DNA of 64,000 nt from Auanema rhodensis (Eukaryota; Animalia; Nematoda). The stretch lies in NCBI GenBank assembly GCA_964057225.1, contig OZ059896.1, positions 14,508,001 through 14,572,000 on the forward strand, given 5' to 3'. The notes beneath the pieces were generated by a model. That model was not told where the DNA came from, made no database searches, and saw nothing but the letters and a program-made list of their open reading frames with translations. Positions within the stretch are counted from its first letter, which is position 1. Every line of letters begins with the position of its first letter. The position numbers and the translations under genes were made by a program. Shown here in pieces: positions 52,844 through 63,404 of this stretch.

Positions 52844-52915
52844 AGGTTCCGCCGAGATTTGAACTCGGGTCGCAGGATTCAAAGTCCTGAGTGCTAACCG
52901 CTACACCACGGAACC
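52844..52915 (-). tRNA. tRNA-Gln(TTG) copy 15
   Basis: Same sequence as copy 1. Confidence 0.94.
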
Positions 52916-53010
52916 GACGTTTAGATGCTATTAGCACTGTTCCAACATCTTTCTTCACGAACCCTTCTCGAAAAGAATTTAAACCGATCAAGTGCTGAAA
53001 AGGAAAAGGT

Positions 53011-53082
53011 AGGTTCCGCCGAGATTTGAACTCGGGTCGCAGGATTCAAAGTCCTGAGTGCTAACCGCTACACCACGGAACC
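53011..53082 (-). tRNA. tRNA-Gln(TTG) copy 16
   Basis: Same sequence as copy 1. Confidence 0.94.
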
Positions 53083-53177
53083 GACGTTCAGGTGCTATTA
53101 GCACTGTTCCAACATCTTTCTTCACGAACTCTTTTCGAAAAGAATTTAAACCGATCAAGTGCTGAAAAGGAAAAGGT

Positions 53178-53249
53178 AGGTTCCGCCGAGATTTGAACTC
53201 GGGTCGCAGGATTCAAAGTCCTGAGTGCTAACCGCTACACCACGGAACC
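53178..53249 (-). tRNA. tRNA-Gln(TTG) copy 17
   Basis: Same sequence as copy 1. Confidence 0.94.
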
Positions 53250-53344
53250 GACGTTCATATGCTATTAGCACTGTTCCAACATCTTTCTTCACGAACTCTT
53301 TTCGAAAAGAATTTAAACCGATCAAGTGCTGAAAAGGAAAAGGT

Positions 53345-53416
53345 AGGTTCCGCCGAGATTTGAACTCGGGTCGCAGGATTCAAAGTCCTGAGTGCTAACC
53401 GCTACACCACGGAACC
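53345..53416 (-). tRNA. tRNA-Gln(TTG) copy 18
   Basis: Same sequence as copy 1. Confidence 0.94.
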
Positions 53417-53511
53417 GACGTTCAGGTGCTATTAGCACTGTTCCAACATCTTTCTTCACGAACCCTTCTCGAAAAGAATTTAAACCGATCAAGTGCTGAA
53501 AAGGAAAAGGT

Positions 53512-53583
53512 AGGTTCCGCCGAGATTTGAACTCGGGTCGCAGGATTCAAAGTCCTGAGTGCTAACCGCTACACCACGGAACC
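53512..53583 (-). tRNA. tRNA-Gln(TTG) copy 19
   Basis: Same sequence as copy 1. Confidence 0.94.
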
Positions 53584-53678
53584 GACGTTCAGGTGCTATT
53601 AGCACTGTTCCAACATCTTTCTTCACGAACTCTTTTCGAAAAGAATTTAAACCGATCAAGTGCTGAAAAGGAAAAGGT

Positions 53679-53750
53679 AGGTTCCGCCGAGATTTGAACT
53701 CGGGTCGCAGGATTCAAAGTCCTGAGTGCTAACCGCTACACCACGGAACC
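53679..53750 (-). tRNA. tRNA-Gln(TTG) copy 20
   Basis: Same sequence as copy 1. Confidence 0.94.
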
Positions 53751-53845
53751 GACGTTCAGATGCTATTAGCACTGTTCCAACATCTTTCTTCACGAACCCT
53801 TCTCGAAAAGAATTTAAACCGATCAAGTGCTGAAAAGGAAAAGGT

Positions 53846-53917
53846 AGGTTCCGCCGAGATTTGAACTCGGGTCGCAGGATTCAAAGTCCTGAGTGCTAAC
53901 CGCTACACCACGGAACC
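53846..53917 (-). tRNA. tRNA-Gln(TTG) copy 21
   Basis: Same sequence as copy 1. Confidence 0.94.
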
Positions 53918-54012
53918 GACGTTCATATGCTATTAGCACTATTCCAACATCTTTCTTCACGAACCCTTCTCGAAAAGAATTTAAACCGATCAAGTGCTGA
54001 AAAGGAAAAGGA

Positions 54013-54084
54013 AGGTTCCGCCGAGATTTGAACTCGGGTCGCAGGATTCAAAGTCCTGAGTGCTAACCGCTACACCACGGAACC
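54013..54084 (-). tRNA. tRNA-Gln(TTG) copy 22
   Basis: Same sequence as copy 1. Confidence 0.94.
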
Positions 54085-54179
54085 GACGTTCAGGTGCTAT
54101 TAGCACTGTTCCAACATCTTTCTTCACGAACCCTTCTCGAAAAGAATTTAAACCGATCAAGTGCTGAAAAGGAAAAGGT

Positions 54180-54251
54180 AGGTTCCGCCGAGATTTGAAC
54201 TCGGGTCGCAGGATTCAAAGTCCTGAGTGCTAACCGCTACACCACGGAACC
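54180..54251 (-). tRNA. tRNA-Gln(TTG) copy 23
   Basis: Same sequence as copy 1. Confidence 0.94.
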
Positions 54252-54346
54252 GACGTTCAGGTGCTATTAGCACTGTTCCAACATCTTTCTTCACGAACTC
54301 TTCTCGAAAAGAATTTAAACCGATCAAGTGCTGAAAAGGAAAAGGT

Positions 54347-54418
54347 AGGTTCCGCCGAGATTTGAACTCGGGTCGCAGGATTCAAAGTCCTGAGTGCTAA
54401 CCGCTACACCACGGAACC
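54347..54418 (-). tRNA. tRNA-Gln(TTG) copy 24
   Basis: Same sequence as copy 1. Confidence 0.94.
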
Positions 54419-54513
54419 GACGTTCAGGTGCTATTAGCACTGTTCCAACATCTTTCTTCACGAACTCTTTTCGAAAAGAATTTAAACCGATCAAGTGCTG
54501 AAAAGGAAAAGGT

Positions 54514-54585
54514 AGGTTCCGCCGAGATTTGAACTCGGGTCGCAGGATTCAAAGTCCTGAGTGCTAACCGCTACACCACGGAACC
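54514..54585 (-). tRNA. tRNA-Gln(TTG) copy 25
   Basis: Same sequence as copy 1. Confidence 0.94.
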
Positions 54586-54680
54586 GACGTTCATATGCTA
54601 TTAGCACTGTTCCAACATCTTTCTTCACGAACTCTTTTCGAAAAGAATTTAAACCGATCAAGTGCTGAAAAGGAAAAGGT

Positions 54681-54752
54681 AGGTTCCGCCGAGATTTGAA
54701 CTCGGGTCGCAGGATTCAAAGTCCTGAGTGCTAACCGCTACACCACGGAACC
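54681..54752 (-). tRNA. tRNA-Gln(TTG) copy 26
   Basis: Same sequence as copy 1. Confidence 0.94.
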
Positions 54753-54847
54753 GACGTTCAGATGCTATTAGCACTGTTCCAACATCTTTCTTCACGAACC
54801 CTTCTCGAAAAGAATTTAAACCGATCAAGTGCTGAAAAGGAAAAGGT

Positions 54848-54919
54848 AGGTTCCGCCGAGATTTGAACTCGGGTCGCAGGATTCAAAGTCCTGAGTGCTA
54901 ACCGCTACACCACGGAACC
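54848..54919 (-). tRNA. tRNA-Gln(TTG) copy 27
   Basis: Same sequence as copy 1. Confidence 0.94.
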
Positions 54920-55014
54920 GACGTTCAGATGCTATTAGCACTGTTCCAACATCTTTCTTCACGAACCCTTCTCGAAAAGAATTTAAACCGATCAAGTGCT
55001 GAAAAGGAAAAGGT

Positions 55015-55086
55015 AGGTTCCGCCGAGATTTGAACTCGGGTCGCAGGATTCAAAGTCCTGAGTGCTAACCGCTACACCACGGAACC
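55015..55086 (-). tRNA. tRNA-Gln(TTG) copy 28
   Basis: Same sequence as copy 1. Confidence 0.94.
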
Positions 55087-55181
55087 GACGTTCATATGCT
55101 ATTAGCACTATTCCAACATCTTTCTTCACGAACCCTTCTCGAAAAGAATTTAAACCGATCAAGTGCTGAAAAGGAAAAGGT

Positions 55182-55253
55182 AGGTTCCGCCGAGATTTGA
55201 ACTCGGGTCGCAGGATTCAAAGTCCTGAGTGCTAACCGCTACACCACGGAACC
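55182..55253 (-). tRNA. tRNA-Gln(TTG) copy 29
   Basis: Same sequence as copy 1. Confidence 0.94.
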
Positions 55254-55348
55254 GACGTTCAGATGCTATTAGCACTGTTCCAACATCTTTCTTCACGAAC
55301 CCTTCTCGAAAAGAATTTAAACCGATCAAGTGCTGAAAAGGAAAAGGT

Positions 55349-55420
55349 AGGTTCCGCCGAGATTTGAACTCGGGTCGCAGGATTCAAAGTCCTGAGTGCT
55401 AACCGCTACACCACGGAACC
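55349..55420 (-). tRNA. tRNA-Gln(TTG) copy 30
   Basis: Same sequence as copy 1. Confidence 0.94.
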
Positions 55421-55515
55421 GACGTTCAGATGCTATTAGCACTGTTCCAACATCTTTCTTCAAGAACCCTTCTCGAAAAGAATTTAAACCGATCAAGTGC
55501 TGAAAAGGAAAAGGT

Positions 55516-55587
55516 AGGTTCCGCCGAGATTTGAACTCGGGTCGCAGGATTCAAAGTCCTGAGTGCTAACCGCTACACCACGGAACC
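55516..55587 (-). tRNA. tRNA-Gln(TTG) copy 31
   Basis: Same tRNA body; two private substitutions in its 5' leader. Confidence 0.94.
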
Positions 55588-55682
55588 AACTTTCAGATGC
55601 TATTAGCACTGTTCCAACATCTTTCTTCACGAACCCTTCTCGAAAAGAATTTAAACCGATCAAGTGCTGAAAAGGAAAAGGT

Positions 55683-55754
55683 AGGTTCCGCCGAGATTTG
55701 AACTCGGGTCGCAGGATTCAAAGTCCTGAGTGCTAACCGCTACACCACGGAACC
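55683..55754 (-). tRNA. tRNA-Gln(TTG) copy 32
   Basis: Same sequence as copy 1. Confidence 0.94.
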
Positions 55755-55849
55755 GACGTTCAGATGCTATTAGCACTGTTCCAACATCTTTCTTCACGAA
55801 CCCTTCTCGAAAAGAATTTAAACCGATCAAGTGCTGAAAAGGAAAAGGT

Positions 55850-55921
55850 AGGTTCCGCCGAGATTTGAACTCGGGTCGCAGGATTCAAAGTCCTGAGTGC
55901 TAACCGCTACACCACGGAACC
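55850..55921 (-). tRNA. tRNA-Gln(TTG) copy 33
   Basis: Same sequence as copy 1. Confidence 0.94.
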
Positions 55922-56016
55922 GACGTTCAGATGCTATTAGCACTGTTCCAACATCTTTCTTCACGAACCCTTCTCGAAAAGAATTTAAACCGATCAAGTG
56001 CTGAAAAGGAAAAGGT

Positions 56017-56088
56017 AGGTTCCGCCGAGATTTGAACTCGGGTCGCAGGATTCAAAGTCCTGAGTGCTAACCGCTACACCACGGAACC
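56017..56088 (-). tRNA. tRNA-Gln(TTG) copy 34
   Basis: Same sequence as copy 1. Confidence 0.94.
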
Positions 56089-56183
56089 GACGTTCAGATG
56101 CTATTAGCACTGTTCCAACATCTTTCTTCACGAACCCTTCTCGAAAAGAATTTAAACCGATCAAGTGCTGAAAAGGAAAAGGT

Positions 56184-56255
56184 AGGTTCCGCCGAGATTT
56201 GAACTCGGGTCGCAGGATTCAAAGTCCTGAGTGCTAACCGCTACACCACGGAACC
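56184..56255 (-). tRNA. tRNA-Gln(TTG) copy 35
   Basis: Same sequence as copy 1. Confidence 0.94.
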
Positions 56256-56350
56256 GACGTTCAGATGCTATTAGCACTGTTCCAACATCTTTCTTCACGA
56301 ACCCTTCTCGAAAAGAATTTAAACCGATCAAGTGCTGAAAAGGAAAAGGT

Positions 56351-56422
56351 AGGTTCCGCCGAGATTTGAACTCGGGTCGCAGGATTCAAAGTCCTGAGTG
56401 CTAACCGCTACACCACGGAACC
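56351..56422 (-). tRNA. tRNA-Gln(TTG) copy 36
   Basis: Same sequence as copy 1. Confidence 0.94.
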
Positions 56423-56517
56423 GACGTTCAGATGCTATTAGCACTGTTCCAACATCTTTCTTCACGAACCCTTCTCGAAAAGAATTTAAACCGATCAAGT
56501 GCTGAAAAGGAAAAGGT

Positions 56518-56589
56518 AGGTTCCGCCGAGATTTGAACTCGGGTCGCAGGATTCAAAGTCCTGAGTGCTAACCGCTACACCACGGAACC
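56518..56589 (-). tRNA. tRNA-Gln(TTG) copy 37 (unique upstream flank)
   Basis: Same tRNA body; the array ends 2 nt beyond it. Confidence 0.94.
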
Positions 56590-57151
56590 GATGCTAGATT
56601 ACGAAGATTGCAGCGCCAAATATACGACGATCTTTCGCACTAATAAGAAAACTGAAAAGGTTAGAATTTTCAGAGAGGATATTAATTTGTTTATTAAGTT
56701 TTTATAAACTTTTAAGATCTAAAAAACCCTGGATGTCATAAGCTTTTTATCAAATTTTCATTTTATATTCCCTGAAACATGGGTGATATACGCAATTTTT
56801 GAATGCCTGATAAGGCTGATTAGCATATCATGACCCACGTGAAATGACGTCATTTTTCCAAACCAAATTAGAAGGAACGGTTGTACATTATTTGATATAT
56901 AAATCATATCATATAATTATCTATATCTATATCTATATCTATATCTATATATATAATATAATCTATTTAATCTATTTATTTGACAAAAAAACACAAAAAA
57001 TGAAAGACAAATATAATATTTGTTTTTTTTCATATAATATATAAAGTATCAAAAAAATTATAATGATGATACGCTTTTTGAATTAAAAAATGGAAATGCT
57101 CAGCATTTATAAATGTTTCAGATGAATTTTGAAATTTCATATAAATATTAT

Positions 57152-60100
57152 CTATGGATGATAATAATCATCATTAACTTCGTCTAGTGTTGTCATCTGA
57201 GTATCTGTAGTTAGACGAGATGGCAAATCCATAGCATTTTTAACTAGAATACGTGGAACACGTAATCGTTGTTCAGCCTGTCTCTAAAAATATTGAATTG
57301 AATTATTGATTATCTAGTTAGTTTTAGTTTCCTACCCTTCGTTCACGGAATCTACGTGTTTTACGTACTAGAACATATGCTATAGATTCGAAAAATACTT
57401 CAACAAATTCGCATATAGTTATTGCAGAAAATCCAATATACAGGCCAATATTACCACCAAAATCAGAAAACAGATTTGGTAGCTATAAGTAGATATAAGA
57501 AATATGATTATATATAGGTATATACATAGTTATAGAAATAAAATATAAAGAATTACCGTATAACCAGCTGTTTCTTTTAAAGTTTCAAAATTTAATTGTT
57601 CATAATATATTTCAATATAAGCTGTATTGATGCGATAATATTCTGAGCAAGCTAATGAATCATTGTATATATCAACAACTGCTGGACATTCATCACCTAT
57701 AAATTATCATTTAATGGAATTTCATTTCTTAAATAACATACCAAGTTTGAAATTTGTACTTGGCCATGCTGCAGCCGAATATGCTGTTTCAAATACATTT
57801 TCCGTACACGGTTGACGACAATTACATTCAATTGGAACATGATGATAACCACCAGTTGATGATGTCAAGTTAGCTAAGCATGAACGATCTTGAACGCTTT
57901 TCGCACTACAGTATCGATAATCTTCTCCTGGTAATGGAAAACGAGGATCTCCACAATTACATGCTTCAAGTACTTTTAATTGAAAGCAATTACGATGGCA
58001 ACCCTTAATTATATGATATAATATAATAATAAAATGTATTCTAATACTTCAGGTGAATAATGTTCATCGTATATATATGGATCTGGTCTAAAACTATCAC
58101 TACAATGACCATATGGAGCATCCAAACGATGTAAAACTTTCTGAAATAATCAAATTCCTTTACAAAAGAATTGTTTTATGATTTGATACTTACAGTCTTT
58201 AATCCAAATGATGAAACAAATCCAGTTGGTGCTGAATAACCGAATGTATCAGGGAATGGTTCTTGATCCTAAAACTCTAAATATATTAGAAGATTGAAGT
58301 TCAATAATTATTCAAAAACCTGTTCATGTACAACTAAACGAACACCTGCAGCTTCAGTAGTAGGTAAGTAATCATCTTGATGAACGTTAAGCAATAAACG
58401 TAAACCTTAAGAAAAAGTTTAAAGAACTAAAAAACTTGAAGAAAAAATCTTACCATACATAGGACCTGCTCTACTATTTTTTAATTCAACAGAATCATTA
58501 AAATTGAATGTATAACAGTTACCATACTCAGGATCAATATGAAGTTTAAAATCTCTAAAAAAATGAAATTTTAATGTTGGTTTAAAGCTGAAGTTGTATG
58601 TATACCTTTCCATATTACAATCTTTACTATTGAATGAACATCGAAGTACAAATTCAGATAACGTATACGATAGATTTCTACGTGTATCACGTGGTAATGC
58701 AGCTACTAAGAAAATCAAATTTTCTTTTGTTTGAGTTGTAATTGCTCCACGATCTTTTAAATCCTAAAACGTGTCTACTAATTAATAATATTCCCTGGAA
58801 TTTCTTACAGCTAATCCATAAGCATCTTCCATTTCAACAGGTGGCTCAGTTGGCGGCTCTGTCATGGAATATACAGTATAGTTATTGGGATTCCACCATT
58901 TGATTTCATCCTTAAAAGAAATAAAATTCATAAACCAGCAAGGAAATCGGAGGTATAACCTTTGGATGAACCATGCAATGATGTGAGATGCCTTGACATA
59001 GACATGTACGAGGCTCTTCTTTGATTGGATGAGTAGCATTTGGTCGATCAGGATCTGGACATGTATTTGAGATAGAACATTGGTAACATTGCTAAATTAT
59101 ATTATGTGATCTTACTATTCAAACTATGAAGATGAATACCTTGACAGTCCAGGCAGATGCTGGATAACAGGGCCATATAGAACCATGTGTCATATCCTCA
59201 AAACACATACAAACAGATGCATTAACCTATAACATATAGTTATTTTATTTTTATTTTGTAATCAGAAAACCTCAAGTGGATTACGATTTGGAACACATTG
59301 TTCAGAATTAATACAAGTACATCTAACAAAAACTGGCTGATATACAGCTCCTTGTAAATCATATTCACTAATTGGAAATTTTAAATCTCTTTTTCTAAAA
59401 AAAAATTAAAAATGAGTTCGAAAAACTAAAAAAAAACATACCGTACTTCCTTACGTATTGGATCTTCTCTTAGAGCTTCATTCATTTCTCGAGCATTTAT
59501 AACACGTTCCCATATTTCAAACTAAAAAAAAATAAAAAAATAATATTTTTTGAAAATAAATTATAAAAATTAAAATTAAAAAAGTATATTAACCCCTTCT
59601 CTGATTTCTTTATATTGAATTAGTTCACTGTATTTGAAAGCATTAAGATTACAAACAGTAGCAGCAGGAAATGGAGCTGAAACATGAATGAAAATTAGTT
59701 TCAATCAATTTTCAAGTTGTTGTTAAAGCTTAAGAGCTATCATTGTTAATATGTAAATCAAACCTGCTTCAAATTCAAGTCTCATCTCAATGATTGTACG
59801 ATATTGTAAATATTCCGACATTGTCCAATATGTTTGAACTATAAAACATACAGCAGAAAAGGTGAAAAGGATTGTCCAAATATATTTTCCAAAAAAAGAT
59901 CCAGAACTATAAAAAAATTAAAAAAAAAAAGAATAATTAGTGATTTTTAGTATAGTTTTTACCATATGTGTGGAACTCCATGTGAGCTTGTTCTTGAACC
60001 AAATGCAGCACATAGATTTGTATATGAAGTGAATCTATCATCTTCAGTACTACAGTAAAATCCTGTTTTCCTAATTCGTCGAAACAATCCTGGTGTACGA

Positions 60101-62392
60101 AGAGACTGAAACATAAAAATTCAAAGTTTGAAGAATAAAACAAAAAAAAACCTTCGAATTATCCTCTTCATCATCAGCATCATCATCTGAATATGCTTCC
60201 TTTGATCGTCTATGTTGCATCTCCTGATGCTCACTGATTGAGTCGTGTCGTTTCTTAAGCAAAAATATAGAAATTATAATAAAATATTTCGTTCTAAGTT
60301 TATTTGAACTTAAAATTTTTCAAATTTTCAACCAAAAATTCGGTTTGTTAAATGAACATTCAAAATGAATATATCTCTAATTATGGTTGAGCATGCCAAT
60401 CACAAGAAAAAATTTGAAAAAAAAAAGAAAAAAAAATGAAACGAACCCAGCTCATTATATAGTTTTTGTATTAAATTTATACATATATCATTACTAAATT
60501 ATAAAAAAAAATGAAAATAATATGAGAAAAGTATAAAAATATTTAAAAAATTAAAAAGAAAATTATATAAAGTATATGTATATAAATCTATTTATGTACT
60601 AACTATATGATTATAATAAAATGACATATAAATCTACTAAATGTCATATGTAATGCATCATTTTCATCAAAATTTTTAACGACCTTGTAGCTGGGCTATG
60701 TGTTTGTCTCTCAACATAACAGAGAATGCAAAAAAAAGCTTTAATCTACTAGATTCAAGACATTTGAGCAAAACTTCCGTTTGATTTTTTTCAGCAAAAA
60801 AAAAGAAAATTAGTGAAAATTATCGGAAAAGCGTATGAAGCATGCTGCAGATGATGCTACCGCTTTAGATGGAGGTCATGATGATGATGATGATGATGAG
60901 GTTGATCAGGGTCAGGACAAATTTGGGTTTGATAGTTTTTGATTACATATATTCAAAAGAAAGTAGCCAATCTATCTGAGACAGAAATCTGACCAGTGAA
61001 GAAGAATTAGCCTCAGGGTGAAGCACAAAGAGCCCGCATGACTCCACCCTTTAGCATTCTTCTCTTTGACTATGAGGTCCATATATCTAAGCTACAAATC
61101 TGTATTGCTCATTCAAAGCTACTGCTGTTCAAATCAACTAGTTCGAGTTATATGATGTTGAATTCTGTAGATTCTAGTAGATTAAGCCATATAAAAGAAA
61201 GAGAAACTAGATGAAGATTAAGTACATAATTTTCAATTTCCAGAAAAAAGTTCAAACTTGAGTATTGAAATCAGTGAAATGGAAATATATTTTCTTTAAT
61301 AAATAAGAAAAGATTATAATAATTAAATTTACAAATTGATATAATTAAGAGATAAAAAGATTTGTTTAAAGATTTATAGAATCAGCTGTGCTCTCATTCA
61401 TACATGATGATGTTCTTTTTGATCTTCTGATGTTGATGTTGATGAAAACGACGTAAAATATATTCATATAGTATATTTTAAATTATATATACATATATGT
61501 ATATACATAGATAAATATATCAAATATATTAATTTGAAAAAGTTTTATTGAATTGAGTCAAATGAAGCATATTCATAAGATTTCATCTAGATCTCTCTCT
61601 TCAACTTTTCTGTATTTTTTTTCAAAATTCTTCTCATTCAAGGCTTCTCCAACTCTATTAGTAGTACATATTCAAAACATTCACTATCATTCACCCCCCT
61701 CTCTCTCTCTCTCCCTCTCTCTCTCTCTCTTTCTCTCTCTCTATCGCTCTCTCTATCAGGCTTATATACTCTCTTAAACTCGAACTCAAATCAAAATCTT
61801 TTTTTTTCCCTTATACATATTTCTTCTTCTTCCTCTTTCTAGCATATCTTTAGTCAGTAGAGCTCCATCACCAATCAATTGTGTCACCCATTGACCATAT
61901 AGCCTTTTGCCCTCCCATCTCTCCCTCAATCTTGCATGATCTCCCTCTCATTTTCTCTCTCTCTCTTTCTTGCATACTTGTGCAGATTATCTCTAGGGAA
62001 ATGAAGACGACACATTTAGAAAAGATCGTCGACACAAAAGAAAATGTTGAGCTTCAACATACATTGGTCATTTCTCCTTACTAGACATCAACATTAGAAG
62101 GGTATTAGTTATTAAAAAGATTTATAAAAATATAATAAAAACTGATTTTTTATATTTTCCTTAAATATATTAAAATAACAAAAAAAAATGATATAATCAG
62201 ATTTATAAAATATTAATTATATAATATTATTCAAAGTTTTAAAAATGAATTCATTGACAAGAAAAATATCTCTCAAGTTTAAACTTTTTTTATTTTCAAT
62301 TAAGAATTACTAGATAAATCATAAAGTTAATATTTGAAATATTTATTATTTTCAATAAAATTTAAAAAAAAACATATAATTCAACTCACCAT
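57152..62392 (-). CDS. unc-8: Degenerin/ENaC channel subunit, many short exons; body 57152-60253, start codon tentatively an ATG-only exon at 62390-62392
   Basis: [13 protein letters not shown] (HG motif), [109 protein letters not shown] (TM2); stop TAG at 57152-57154. Confidence 0.92.
61700..61745 (+). repeat. (CT)n microsatellite
   Basis: Visible directly. Confidence 0.8.
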
Positions 62393-63063
62393 GTTTCAAC
62401 TCAAATATTTCTATTAAACCTAATGTAAAAGTCATTTATTTGACTAAATAATTTGTCTTAGAGAGGTTAGAAATAGAGTATTTTCCTTATTGTTTGAATT
62501 GGCCACCTGCTGTGAAGACAAGAAAAGGTTTTGCATTGCCACCTGTAATGCTTTAGACCGTGCTAAAATCTAATTAGCATTACTTGTTGTTTTATATTAC
62601 AAAAAATAGAAAATATACTATATTCTTGAATATTAGTTTTACTACTGTTTATACCTCTCTCTAAGTCCCGCCCCATTTAGAAAAATGTGTGCAGTTGTCT
62701 TCACCACCCCACCGCTTCATCAAAAAATTAACATTAGAGCTCGCACCAGCTTTGTATAAATCAGCGGGAGTGCTCTATCCCTGATCCGGTGGTAGGGGGG
62801 TTCCAGCTTCAACAAAAATCAAAATTTTCATTAATTTCAAAGTTTAGCTTCACAATGTATCTAAAAATTTGACAAATACCCTACATATTTATTAATCAAA
62901 TATAAAAATAATAATCTGCTAGCTAGTCATGAAAAAACAATTAAATATCTTTGCCCTATGAATAACTGAACAATTAATACTATTGTTGCATAGATATCAT
63001 AGTTTAAAGTTATTCATAGACATGTTTTTTTTTTTTTTGGTTTGTATCAATAATATTATCATT

Positions 63064-63130
63064 ATAACATGCATGACTGTATTATCAGTATAGCATGACT
63101 GACTGTATTATCAGTATAACATGACTGACA
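63064..63130. repeat. Short ~27-bp tandem duplication (CATGACT[GACT]GTATTATCAGTATA)
   Basis: About 2.5 copies visible. Confidence 0.7.
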
Positions 63131-63404
63131 ATGTAAAAGCTCATTCCCATAAACTGCTTGAAGTCTTCTTTCTTGAATTTCAGAACTTTCATCAAGACTT
63201 CAGATTCAGAAAATTCAGTAAGATTCAGATGCTGAAGCTTATTTGTTCGAAGCTATGCCATAGGAAAAACTTAGTTATTGATCGAGCTTTGTGCTCAGAA
63301 TCATTTAAAAATATTTTTAATGAATTAACATGTTCCTAATCTCAAATTTTGTCAAATCAAAAGGGATTATTCAAAATAGTCAAAAAACACTCTTTGACCC
63401 TATA

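Larger units (their letters stand above)
50490..56591 (-). repeat. Tandem array of 37 tRNA-Gln(UUG) genes, 167-bp unit
   Basis: tRNA left edges fall at 50506+167k for k=0-36 with no net indels. Each gene is followed on the minus strand by TTTTCCTTTT (Pol III terminator). Confidence 0.97.
48771..56885. mobile_element. Putative non-autonomous TIR DNA element (TA-flanked, Tc1/mariner-like ends) carrying cargo
   Basis: 48771-48899 and 56765-56885 are inverted copies (TAC[G/A]ACCGTTCCTTCTAATTTGGTTT...CATGTTTCAGGGAATAT) with one ~8-bp indel. Both outer ends stop at TA. There is no transposase ORF inside. Confidence 0.6.

Noticed and set aside
50490-56591. CRISPR-like regular repeat/spacer appearance
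   Set aside because: The spacers are near-identical, the repeat is a eukaryotic tRNA, and there are no cas genes.
62664-62810. GC-richer patch with TATAAA and a weak hairpin upstream of unc-8
   Set aside because: No recognisable ncRNA family; probably promoter DNA.
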